Source: a virus
Lineage: Duplodnaviria; Caudoviricetes
Reading direction: 5' to 3' (one strand)
IMG/VR virus record: IMGVR_UViG_3300049436_000094
Location: 1 to 32,681 of that record
Length of the DNA: 32,681 nt
A program made the translations under genes and the position numbers. Below, piece by piece: positions 16,322 to 24,290 of the stretch (position 1 is its first letter; every line of letters begins with the position of its first letter). Below the pieces are notes generated by a model that worked only from the letters and a program-made list of their open reading frames with translations, was not told where the DNA came from and made no database searches.

Positions 16322-16506
16322 TGCCCAGACCCAAGCGCGACATGCCCGCCCAGGGAGGCCAGAAGGTCGGCCTCGTGTGCAGAGAGTGCGGGTGCCAGCA
16401 CTTCCGCGTGGTGTACCTGAAGCGTCGCCCCGGCGGAATCGTGGTGCGTCGGCGCGAGTGCCGCAACTGCGGACGGTGGACGCTCACCCGCGAGACGCAG
16501 GTTTAG
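16321..16506 (+). CDS. Small zinc-ribbon protein (NrdR-N / Ogr-Delta-like)
   Basis: CRECG...VVRRRECRNCG; 61 aa; TGATG overlap with terL. Confidence 0.75.
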   Translation: MPRPKRDMPAQGGQKVGLVCRECGCQHFRVVYLKRRPGGIVVRRRECRNCGRWTLTRETQV

Positions 16507-16521
16507 TTCGATCTATCGACC
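16506..16521. promoter_or_regulatory. Imperfect dyad GTTCGAT-CT-ATCGACC upstream of the head-gene promoter
   Basis: 6 of 7 arm positions pair; ends 16 bp before the CCGCCAC box. Confidence 0.4.
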
Positions 16522-16537
16522 GACCTCGACCCGCAGC

Positions 16538-16567
16538 CCGCCACATCGCGGAGGCTTCGCGTAGATG
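16538..16567 (+). promoter_or_regulatory. Predicted phage ECF-sigma promoter, copy 4 (structural operon)
   Basis: CCGCCAC (16538-16544), 15 nt, CGTAGATG (16560-16567), in the gap before the head genes. Confidence 0.7.
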
Positions 16568-16605
16568 ACTCATGGACGCACACGCCACTGCGTCACGGAG
16601 CATCG

Positions 16606-16818
16606 ATGCCGGACCCCACCCCCGATCTTGAACAGGCGATCCGCGACAACGCGGCCGGTCCCGCCAAGGCGGCGGGCGATTCCGGCAGCGTGGAGCAGCA
16701 TCCGATCCCGCATCAGATCGAGGCGGATCGGTACCTGGCCTCCAAAGAGGCGGCAAAGTCTCCGGCGAAGGCCCTGCGCCTGACGCGGCTGATTCCACCT
16801 GGCGCGGAGGGCGGATGA
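16606..16818 (+). CDS. Small head-associated protein (gpW-like position)
   Basis: GGAG RBS; 70 aa between terminase and portal; ATGA overlap with the portal. Confidence 0.7.
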   Translation: MPDPTPDLEQAIRDNAAGPAKAAGDSGSVEQHPIPHQIEADRYLASKEAAKSPAKALRLTRLIPPGAEGG

Positions 16819-18275
16819 TGCTGGGACTGTTCCGATTCAAGCCGACGCCGCCCAAGCCTGCCACGCCTGTGAAGGGCGGCTTCATTCGCCGGTTCATCCG
16901 AGCGGGGTTCGATTCCGCCGTTACCAATGACGCCAACCGCAAGCACTGGATCAACGCCGACGGCTTGAGCGCGGACGCTGCGGCGTCTCCTGAGGTACGC
17001 CGCACCCTCCGTAACCGCGCGCGGTATGAGGCCGCGAACAACTCCTACGCCAAGGGCATTGTCCTCACGCTCGCCAACGACGTGGTGGGCACCGGTCCTC
17101 GCCTGCAATTGCTCACCGACGACGACGGCGGGAACGAGCGTATCGAGCAGGCGTTCATGGCCTGGGCAAAGGCTATCAACCTGCCGGAGAAGCTCCGCAC
17201 CATGCGGGCGTCCCGCGCTACCGACGGCGAAGTCTTTGCAGTGCTCGTGAGCAATCCGGGCCTGCCGACCCCCGTCAAGCTGGACATCCGTCTCATTGAA
17301 GCGGATCAGGTCGCCACGCCGGACCTGTCTTTCCTCAACGACGATGCCGTGGACGGCATCGTGTTTGATGACGCGGGCAACCCGTCGGAGTACCACATCC
17401 TGAAGGGGCATCCGGGCGATGCACGCACCGGCTTCCTCGGTTTGGAGTACGACCGCGTCCCCGCCGAGGCGGTCATTCACTACTTCCGGGCAGATCGTCC
17501 GGGCCAGAGCCGTGGCGTTCCTGACATCACACCAGCGCTCCCCCTCTTTGCGCAGCTGCGCCGGTTCACGCTCGCCGTGCTCGGCGCGGCCGAGACCGCC
17601 GCTGACTTTGCGGGCATCCTTTACACCGACGCGCCTGCCAACGGCGAGGCCGAGAGCGTTGAACCGCTCGATGCCATCGAGCTGGAGGCACGGTCGCTGC
17701 TCACCATGCCGGGCGGCTGGAAGATGGCGCAGGTCCAGGCCGAGCAGCCCTCGACCACCTACGCCGAGTTCAAACGCGAGATCCTCAACGAGATCGCCCG
17801 TTGCCTAAACATGCCGTTCAACGTCGCGGCGTGCAACTCCTCGGGGTACAACTACGCCTCGGGCCGCCTTGACCACCAGACGTACTTCAAGAGCATCCGC
17901 GTCGAGCAGGACCACATGGCGTGCGTCGTGCTCGATCGCCTGCTCGCGGCCTGGCTCCGTGAGGCAGTGATCGTCTCCGGCCTACTGCCCCTCCGCATCC
18001 GCACGCTCGTCGCCACCGGCGAGGGGCTATCGCACCAGTGGTTTTGGGATGGGAACGAGCACGTCGACCCCGCCAAGGAGGCGACGGCGCAACAGACGCG
18101 CCTGTCGTCGCACACCACCACGCTGGCCAGCGAGTACGCCAAGCAAGGCCGCGACTGGGAAAGCGAGCTGCGTCAGCGGGCCAAGGAGGTCGCGCTGATG
18201 AAGGAACTCGGGCTCGCGCCGGAGCGGACGCAGGCGCTTCAGCCTGCGGGCAAGGAGGGCGACGATGCCGAATGA
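16815..18275 (+). CDS. Phage portal protein, lambda family
   Basis: LRNRARYEAANNSYAKG, DGEVF, RPGQSRGVP, YNYASGRLD, HVDPAKEA. Confidence 0.93.
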   Translation: MMLGLFRFKPTPPKPATPVKGGFIRRFIRAGFDSAVTNDANRKHWINADGLSADAAASPEVRRTLRNRARYEAANNSYAKGIVLTLANDVVGTGPRLQLLTDDDGGNERIEQAFMAWAKAINLPEKLRTMRASRATDGEVFAVLVSNPGLPTPVKLDIRLIEADQVATPDLSFLNDDAVDGIVFDDAGNPSEYHILKGHPGDARTGFLGLEYDRVPAEAVIHYFRADRPGQSRGVPDITPALPLFAQLRRFTLAVLGAAETAADFAGILYTDAPANGEAESVEPLDAIELEARSLLTMPGGWKMAQVQAEQPSTTYAEFKREILNEIARCLNMPFNVAACNSSGYNYASGRLDHQTYFKSIRVEQDHMACVVLDRLLAAWLREAVIVSGLLPLRIRTLVATGEGLSHQWFWDGNEHVDPAKEATAQQTRLSSHTTTLASEYAKQGRDWESELRQRAKEVALMKELGLAPERTQALQPAGKEGDDAE

Positions 18276-20355
18276 GCGGCTGCTCAATCTCTGCGCTCCC
18301 GTTGAGGGGTGGATCGAGGCCGCCGCCGGCGAGGGCGGTGTTCCTGCGCTCCGCCGCTTCTCGATGACGGCATACACGGGCGGGGCGATGATGCTCGCGG
18401 GGTGGGCGCATCCTGTCGTGGTCGATCTGGCGGGACTTCAGGTCGCGGGCGGGACGAAGAGCCGACCCATTCTCAAGGACCACAACCGCTCCCTGATTGT
18501 GGGGCACACCGACGCGGTGCGCATAGAAGCGTCGCAACTGCTCGTGTCCGGCGTCATCTCCGGCGCGGGACCGGTGGCGCGGGAGATCATCGACAGCAGC
18601 CGCAACGGATTCCCGTGGCAGGCGTCGCTCGGCGCGATGGCGCAGCCGGGCGGGATGGAGTTCATTCCCAAGGGCAAGAAGGCGGTCGCCAACGGCCGCG
18701 AGTTCGAGGGGCCGGTCCACATCGCCCGCCGCAGTGTGCTGGGCGAGGTGAGTTTCGTGGCTCTCGGTGCAGACGACAACACGACCGCGAGCGTCGCGGC
18801 GGCAGCGATCAAGGAGGACGACATGACGTTCGATCAGTGGCTCACCGCGAAGGGCTTCGATGCCGCAACGCTCAGCGAAACCCAGAAGGCCATCCTTCAG
18901 GCGATGTTCGACGCGGAGCAGAAGGCGGACGCCGTCACCGCAACCGCCGTCGAGACGGACACCAGTCCCGACGACGTCATCGCGCGAATCCGCGCGGAGG
19001 CCACCACGGAGGCCAAGCGCATCGCCGACGTGCGTCGCGTCTGTGCCGCCGGAGGCGGCAAGCACGCGGAGATCGAGGCGAAGGCCATCTCCGAGGGATG
19101 GGACGTGACCAAGACCGAGCTCGCGGTGCTCCGCGCCGAGCGCCCGGCCCTGGCCTCGGGCGGGGTTCGCCGTGACGCGGACCCGGCCCAGGCGGGGCGC
19201 ACCATCGAGGCGGCGCTGTGCCTTTCGGCGGGCATCCCCGAGTCTGCCGTCGCCAAGTGGTACGACCAGCGCACGATGAACGCGGCCGTGTCGGGCAACC
19301 TCAGCGGCGCGGGCATCCACAGCGTTCTGGCCTACGCGATCGAGGCGGCGGGCGGTTCGGCTCGCATGCACCGCGTGGACAACGACTTCATCCAGACCGC
19401 GTTCGAGGCGAACAAGGTGCTGCGCCAGCAGGAGCGCGAGATCCGTGCCTCAAGCGGGTTCACGACCATCTCGCTGTCGGGCATCCTCTCGAACGTCGCC
19501 AACAAGACCATGCTGGCGGCCTACACCGCCGTCGAGAGCGTGGTGGCGATGTTCTGCGCCGAGGCGGACGTGAGCGACTTCAAGGAGGTCACCCGCTACC
19601 GGCTCACCGGCACCGGAGTCTTTGAGAAGGTCGGCCCCGACGGCGAACTCAAGCACGCCGGGCTGTCCGAGCAGGCGTACACGAACAAGGTCGAGACGTT
19701 CGGCAAGATGTTCGCGCTGAACCGGCAGATGATGATCAACGACGACCTGGGTGCGTTCCTCCAGATCCCGCGCATCATCGGCCGCATGTCCGCCCTCAAG
19801 CGCGAGGAGGCGGTGTTCGAACTGCTGTTGGCGAACCCGGCCACGTTCTTCAGTGTCGGCAACAAGAACTTCATCTCCGGCGCGGCGACCAACCTCAGCA
19901 TCGATTCGCTCACGCAGGCCGAGCAGGCGTTCCTCGACCAGACGGACACCGACGGCAAGCCCATCCTGCTGACCCCGTCGGTGCTCCTCGTGCCGTCGGC
20001 GCTGAAGGTCACAGCCCAGGTGCTTATGACCGAGACGCGGATCAACGAGACGACCACGACTGACAAGGGCAAGCCCGCCGTCAACCCGCACGCGGGCAAG
20101 TGGAAGCCAGTGGCGAGTCCCTACCTGAACGCCCAGGGGCTCGCAGGCGGAAGCGCGAAGGCGTGGTATTTGTTCGCCAATCCGGCGGACGTGGCTGCGA
20201 TCGAGATCGCGTACCTGCGCGGCAAGCGCACCCCGACGATCGAGAGCGGCGACACCGATTTCAACCAGCTCGGGATGCAGTGGCGCGGCTATTTCGACTT
20301 CGGCGTCGCCATGCAGGATTCCCGTGCGGCCGTCAAGAGTAAGGGTGAGGTCTGA
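18265..20355 (+). CDS. Prohead protease / scaffold / major capsid fusion protein
   Basis: N-terminal protease-like AYTG, ILKDHN, FPWQASLG, EVSFVALGAD; helical linker; capsid part DFKEVTRYRL...VGPDGELKH...TFGKMFALNRQMMINDDLGAF...YFDFGV. Confidence 0.9.
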   Translation: MPNERLLNLCAPVEGWIEAAAGEGGVPALRRFSMTAYTGGAMMLAGWAHPVVVDLAGLQVAGGTKSRPILKDHNRSLIVGHTDAVRIEASQLLVSGVISGAGPVAREIIDSSRNGFPWQASLGAMAQPGGMEFIPKGKKAVANGREFEGPVHIARRSVLGEVSFVALGADDNTTASVAAAAIKEDDMTFDQWLTAKGFDAATLSETQKAILQAMFDAEQKADAVTATAVETDTSPDDVIARIRAEATTEAKRIADVRRVCAAGGGKHAEIEAKAISEGWDVTKTELAVLRAERPALASGGVRRDADPAQAGRTIEAALCLSAGIPESAVAKWYDQRTMNAAVSGNLSGAGIHSVLAYAIEAAGGSARMHRVDNDFIQTAFEANKVLRQQEREIRASSGFTTISLSGILSNVANKTMLAAYTAVESVVAMFCAEADVSDFKEVTRYRLTGTGVFEKVGPDGELKHAGLSEQAYTNKVETFGKMFALNRQMMINDDLGAFLQIPRIIGRMSALKREEAVFELLLANPATFFSVGNKNFISGAATNLSIDSLTQAEQAFLDQTDTDGKPILLTPSVLLVPSALKVTAQVLMTETRINETTTTDKGKPAVNPHAGKWKPVASPYLNAQGLAGGSAKAWYLFANPADVAAIEIAYLRGKRTPTIESGDTDFNQLGMQWRGYFDFGVAMQDSRAAVKSKGEV

Positions 20356-20429
20356 TGGCTGACGAAGTGCCGATCGGCGGCGGGACCGGCGGCGAGGTCG
20401 AACCCGGTGGTCCCGCAGGAGGTTCATTC

Positions 20430-20768
20430 ATGCCAGCGAAGTTCATTCAGGACGGTGCAGCGCTCGATTACACCCCGGTCGCGGACACACCCGCGGGCAC
20501 GATCGTCGTGCAGAGCGAGATGGTCGGCGTCACCCGCGTGGACCTCAAGGCGGGCCAACTCGGCTCGCTGGCGGTCACCGGCGTCTTCGAGTTCCCCAAG
20601 GCTCTCGGCGTCGGCAGCGCCATCCCCATCGGCACGTTGACGTACTGGGACGCTGGAGGTCAGGTCGCGACCAAGAACGCGGCTGCCGGGGCCAACAAGC
20701 TCATCGGCAAGTGCATCAAGACCACCGTGGACGCGGACACGGTTGTTCGCGTGCGGATGTCGCAGTGA
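20430..20768 (+). CDS. DUF2190-family capsid cement/decoration protein
   Basis: FIQDGAALDYTP...AGQLGSLAVTGVFEFPK...YWD...VRVRM. AGGAGG supports ATG 20430; an alternative start exists at 20355. Confidence 0.85.
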   Translation: MPAKFIQDGAALDYTPVADTPAGTIVVQSEMVGVTRVDLKAGQLGSLAVTGVFEFPKALGVGSAIPIGTLTYWDAGGQVATKNAAAGANKLIGKCIKTTVDADTVVRVRMSQ

Positions 20769-20780
20769 TCGGAGGCTCCG

Positions 20781-21161
20781 GTGGGCGACCTGCTCGATCA
20801 GGGCTCCGCGTTCCTGGATGACCAGCGGCATCGGCACATGAGCCGGCCCGTGGTCTACCGACGGGGCGCGGAGGAGAAGGAAGTTCAGGCCACGATCGGC
20901 CGCACCGAGTTCGAGCAGGCGGATGACGCGGGTCTGATCCACCGGACGGAGTCACGGGACTTCCTGATCCGAACGACGGACCTGGACCTTGGCGCTGGAC
21001 CGACGCTCCCGCGGGCGGGTGATCGGGTGCGTGAGATGGTCGGGACGCAGGTATTCGTGTACGAGGTCAATGCCCCCGGTGGGCAGCCGCCGTTCCGGTA
21101 CAGCGACCCGTACCGCAGGGTTCTTCGGATTCACACCAAGCACATCGACACGGAGACGTGA
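20781..21161 (+). CDS. Putative head-tail joining protein
   Basis: GGAGG RBS; beta-rich 126 aa (RDFLI...PRAGDRV...RIHTK); post-capsid position. Confidence 0.7.
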   Translation: MGDLLDQGSAFLDDQRHRHMSRPVVYRRGAEEKEVQATIGRTEFEQADDAGLIHRTESRDFLIRTTDLDLGAGPTLPRAGDRVREMVGTQVFVYEVNAPGGQPPFRYSDPYRRVLRIHTKHIDTET

Positions 21162-21430
21162 TGGCAGAGGGCAACGGACAGAACGGGACGAAAGCGCGGT
21201 GGGCAGGAGTGCTCGTCACGATCATCCTCGCCGCCGGCGCGATGACCATCCAGTGGGGCGTGGTCACCACCAAGCTCCAGCAGGTGGAGAAGCGGCTGGA
21301 CGAGTTCATCGGCGAGGCACGTTCGATCCGCGCTGACTACCAGGCGATGGAACGCCGCGTGTCCTACCTCGAGGGCAAGGTGGCGGGCCTGAGCGCCGCG
21401 GCAGAGGCAGGGAGGGTGGGACGCCCATGA
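21161..21430 (+). CDS. Small membrane protein with a coiled coil
   Basis: One hydrophobic helix WAGVLVTIILAAGAMTIQWGVV followed by heptad-like LQQVEKRLDEF...MERRVSYLEG. Confidence 0.7.
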   Translation: MAEGNGQNGTKARWAGVLVTIILAAGAMTIQWGVVTTKLQQVEKRLDEFIGEARSIRADYQAMERRVSYLEGKVAGLSAAAEAGRVGRP

Positions 21431-21858
21431 GCACCATCGCCGCCATCGCCGACGCCGTTGCCGCCCACGTCAACGCGGGGACGTTCTCCCAGCCGGTGAA
21501 CGCCGTGCGGACGTACCAGCCCGCGTTCTCGCTGGAGGACCTGGCTGATCTGCGGGTGTCGGTCGTGCCCCGCACGGTGGGCATCGCGGCAGCCAGCCGC
21601 GACAGCAGCACGTTCGAGTGCGTCGTGGATGTCGGCGTGCAGAAGAAGCTGCCCGCGGAGGGTGAGCAATCCGCGATTGATGGACTGCTCGACCTCGTGG
21701 AAGAGCTCGCCGACCACCTGCGGCTGAAGCGCCTGCCGGATGCCCCCGAAGCGGCATGGGCGGGCATCGCGCACGAGCCAGTCGTGTCGAGCGAGTCATT
21801 GGAGCAGCACCGGGTGTTCACGAGCGTGTTGAGCGTCACGTACAGGGTTCGGAGGTAG
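21427..21858 (+). CDS. Putative tail terminator/completion protein
   Basis: 143 aa with IADAVAAHVN...VDVGVQKK...FTSVLSVTYR; lies before the tail tube gene. Confidence 0.7.
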   Translation: MSTIAAIADAVAAHVNAGTFSQPVNAVRTYQPAFSLEDLADLRVSVVPRTVGIAAASRDSSTFECVVDVGVQKKLPAEGEQSAIDGLLDLVEELADHLRLKRLPDAPEAAWAGIAHEPVVSSESLEQHRVFTSVLSVTYRVRR

Positions 21859-21860
21859 CC

Positions 21861-22118
21861 GTGCGGAACGTCATCGTCATCACAGTCGATCTGGACAGCG
21901 AGGAAAAGCCGCTGTCAACGACGAAACTCGTGGCGACGTTCACGCTCACGGCGTCGCACAAGAACACACAGGACGCGACTCTGTCAGACGGCAAGGGTGG
22001 CGAAGTGCTGATGGCCCCCGGCGTGCAGTACGTGTTTGAGCGGGTCAACCTGGCGGACCTTCAGGTGCGGAGCAAGGCAGGCGAGACCATGTACGTTGTC
22101 GGCCACACGGCCGGGTAG
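21861..22118 (+). CDS. Small beta-rich hypothetical virion protein
   Basis: GGAGG RBS before GTG 21861; 85 aa; fills the gap in the operon. Confidence 0.65.
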   Translation: MRNVIVITVDLDSEEKPLSTTKLVATFTLTASHKNTQDATLSDGKGGEVLMAPGVQYVFERVNLADLQVRSKAGETMYVVGHTAG

Positions 22119-22135
22119 AGCGAAGGAGTACGACG

Positions 22136-22564
22136 ATGGCCATCAAACTCGGCATGGAAGCGAAGCTGCTCTACAAGGTCGGCGGGCAGGCCGGTGGCGG
22201 GGCATGGGTGGTTCTGGGCAACACCCGCGATGTCACACTCAACCTCGAAGCAGGCGAAGCCGACGTGACGACCCGCGCGAACAGCGGCTGGCGGGCCACC
22301 GTCGCCACGCTCAAAGAGGCGAGCGTTGAGTTCGAGATGGTGTGGGATACGGCGGATGCCGGGTTCACCGCCATCAAGAACGCGTTCTTCGGCAACGACC
22401 CCATCGGCTTCCAGATCCTCGACGAGACCAGCGGGCAGGGTCTGCAGGCGGACTTCTCCATCACCAACTTCTCGCGGAACGAGGCGCTGGAGGAGGCAAT
22501 CACCGTTTCGGTCACCGCGAAGGTGACGTACTCGGCGACGGCGCCTTCATGGATTGGTGGCTGA
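22136..22564 (+). CDS. Major tail tube protein
   Basis: AAGGAG RBS; DVTLNLEAGEADVTTR..SGWRATVATLKEASVEFEM...ITNFSRNEALEEAITVSVT. Confidence 0.85.
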   Translation: MAIKLGMEAKLLYKVGGQAGGGAWVVLGNTRDVTLNLEAGEADVTTRANSGWRATVATLKEASVEFEMVWDTADAGFTAIKNAFFGNDPIGFQILDETSGQGLQADFSITNFSRNEALEEAITVSVTAKVTYSATAPSWIGG

Positions 22565-22565
22565 G

Positions 22566-22609
22566 CCTGTCGGATCGCTGTCGGATTGGCGTCGGTTTCC
22601 TGTCGGGTC
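22566..22609 (-). repeat. 4 x 11-bp phased array, core GTCGG (CCGAC on the minus strand)
   Basis: CCTGTCGGATC GCTGTCGGATT GGCGTCGGTTT CCTGTCGGGTC; GTCGG at 22569, 22580, 22591 and 22602. Confidence 0.8.
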
Positions 22610-22628
22610 CTGATTCACGGAGGCACGG

Positions 22629-23123
22629 ATGCGGTCATTCAAGGACAACCAAGGGCGGCAGTGGTCGGTCGAGATCAACGTCACCGCCATCAAGCGCGTG
22701 CGCGGCCTCACCGGCGAGGACCTCATGCAGGTCATCGAGGGGACACTGATCGAGAAGCTGATCCGCGACCCCGTCCTGCTGTGCGACGTGGTCTACGCGA
22801 TCTGCAAGCCCGAGGCCGACAGCCGCAGCGTCTCGGATGAGGAGTTCGGCAAGGCGATGGCGGGCGACGCGATCGAAGCCGCGACGACGGCGGTGTTGGA
22901 GGAGCTCGTGGGTTTCTGCCCGAGCCCGAGGGACCGGGCCAACCTCGGGCGGGTGCTCCAGGCCACGCGGAGGGTGATGGATCGGGCGCGGGACCTGGTG
23001 GAGAAGAAGCTCGACAGCGGCGAACTGGACCGGCTGGCGGACCGTCTGCTGTCCGAGGGTGTGACTGCTGGAAGCTCGTCCACCAGTGCGCCGGAATCCT
23101 CGGCATCGACCCCGGCCCCCTGA
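22629..23123 (+). CDS. Tail assembly chaperone (gpG-like position)
   Basis: GGAGG RBS; acidic helical protein directly after the tail tube gene. Confidence 0.75.
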   Translation: MRSFKDNQGRQWSVEINVTAIKRVRGLTGEDLMQVIEGTLIEKLIRDPVLLCDVVYAICKPEADSRSVSDEEFGKAMAGDAIEAATTAVLEELVGFCPSPRDRANLGRVLQATRRVMDRARDLVEKKLDSGELDRLADRLLSEGVTAGSSSTSAPESSASTPAP

Positions 23124-23365
23124 CACTCCGCGAGTTGGTGGCGATGCTCGACGGCAGGCAGCGCCACGACTGGTCGATCGCCTCCGCCGTCATGGCGCTC
23201 GTCGCCAACATCCACCGCGACCCCAAGCGATCCCGCCGACTCAACCCCAGCGACTTCGACCCCTTCGCCAAGCGCCAGCGACCCATCCGGGTCGGCGTGT
23301 CGGTCCTCAAGGACGTGTTCATCGACGGCAGGTTCCCCCCCATGCCGCAGGAGGCTCACGGATGA
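23063..23365 (+). CDS. Tail chaperone second frame (gpT-like), probably reached by -1 frameshift; start coordinate approximate
   Basis: The -1 frame reads DCWKLVHQCAGILGIDPGPLTLRELVAMLDGRQRHDW...PSDFDPF, overlapping the end of the chaperone gene. Confidence 0.55.
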   Translation, partial: DCWKLVHQCAGILGIDPGPLTLRELVAMLDGRQRHDWSIASAVMALVANIHRDPKRSRRLNPSDFDPFAKRQRPIRVGVSVLKDVFIDGRFPPMPQEAHG

Positions 23366-23850
23366 AGTTCCTCAGTTCGCTTTCCACCCGCCATTACGTC
23401 TACATCGTCGGCCTTCTGCTCATGGCGCTCGTGCTCACGTCGTGCGCAGGCTTTGATCTGGGCGACCTTGTGAAGGTCAAGACGCCCAACACCATCCAGC
23501 AGACCACGGGGCTGCCGTCCACGCTCAGCCTGAACGAGGCCGAGGTCGAGTACCAGAACTGGTTCAACCAGACGCAGACGACCGGTGCGCAGTGGAAGGG
23601 CAACATCGAGAAGGCCGGCGAACTCCGCGGCCTGTTCAGCCAGCTCACGCTGTCGGCCCTCGACACCGTCGGCCCCACCGTGGCGGGCCTTCCGGTCCTC
23701 GGCCCGGCGCTGCCGGCGCTCACCGGGATCGTCGGTCTGTTCATCGGCTCGGGCCGGCTCCGCAAGGAGAAGGAGGCGTCGTTCAACAAGGGCCTGGAGA
23801 AGGGCAGCGGCCTCGCTGGAGGCACGCCCGCGGGCGGGAGCGGCGTGTGA
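23362..23850 (+). CDS. Predicted lipoprotein/membrane protein
   Basis: AGGAGG RBS; ATGA overlap; signal MKFLSS...IVGLLLMALVLTSC with a lipobox; second hydrophobic stretch near the C-terminus. Confidence 0.75.
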   Translation: MKFLSSLSTRHYVYIVGLLLMALVLTSCAGFDLGDLVKVKTPNTIQQTTGLPSTLSLNEAEVEYQNWFNQTQTTGAQWKGNIEKAGELRGLFSQLTLSALDTVGPTVAGLPVLGPALPALTGIVGLFIGSGRLRKEKEASFNKGLEKGSGLAGGTPAGGSGV

Positions 23851-24287
23851 TCACCATGCGGATCAAGGACATGTTCTTCGACCGCGCGGCGGTGGTCCGC
23901 GCCGTCGATGGTGCCAAGCGGAAGGTGCTCAGCAAGGCCGGCGCGTTCATCCGCACGGCGGCCCGCACGAGCATCCGCAAGCGCAAGGGCTCCGCGCCTG
24001 CAGGAAGGCCTCCCCACTCGCACGAGGGGAGCCTTCGACGGCTCATCCTCTTCGGGTACGACAAGGCGGCGGACTCCGTGGTCGTCGGCCCCGTGGGGTT
24101 CAAGAAGAGCGTCGCGCCCAACGTGCTGGAGTACGGCGGGGACACGGTTGTCCTCCGGCGCAGAGGCGGGCGTCTCACGTCGCAGAAGGTCAAGATCGCC
24201 GCGCGGCCGTACATGGCCCCGGCGCTGGAGAGGGAGCGGCCGAAGTTGCCGCTGCTGTGGCGGAACTCCATTCGGAAGGGAGCCTGA
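23847..24287 (+). CDS. Basic neck/tail-completion protein (HK97 gp10-like)
   Basis: GTGA overlap; VLSKAGAFIRTAARTSI...GSLRRLI...VLEYGG...ARPYMAPALE. Confidence 0.7.
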   Translation: MITMRIKDMFFDRAAVVRAVDGAKRKVLSKAGAFIRTAARTSIRKRKGSAPAGRPPHSHEGSLRRLILFGYDKAADSVVVGPVGFKKSVAPNVLEYGGDTVVLRRRGGRLTSQKVKIAARPYMAPALERERPKLPLLWRNSIRKGA

Positions 24288-24290
24288 TTA

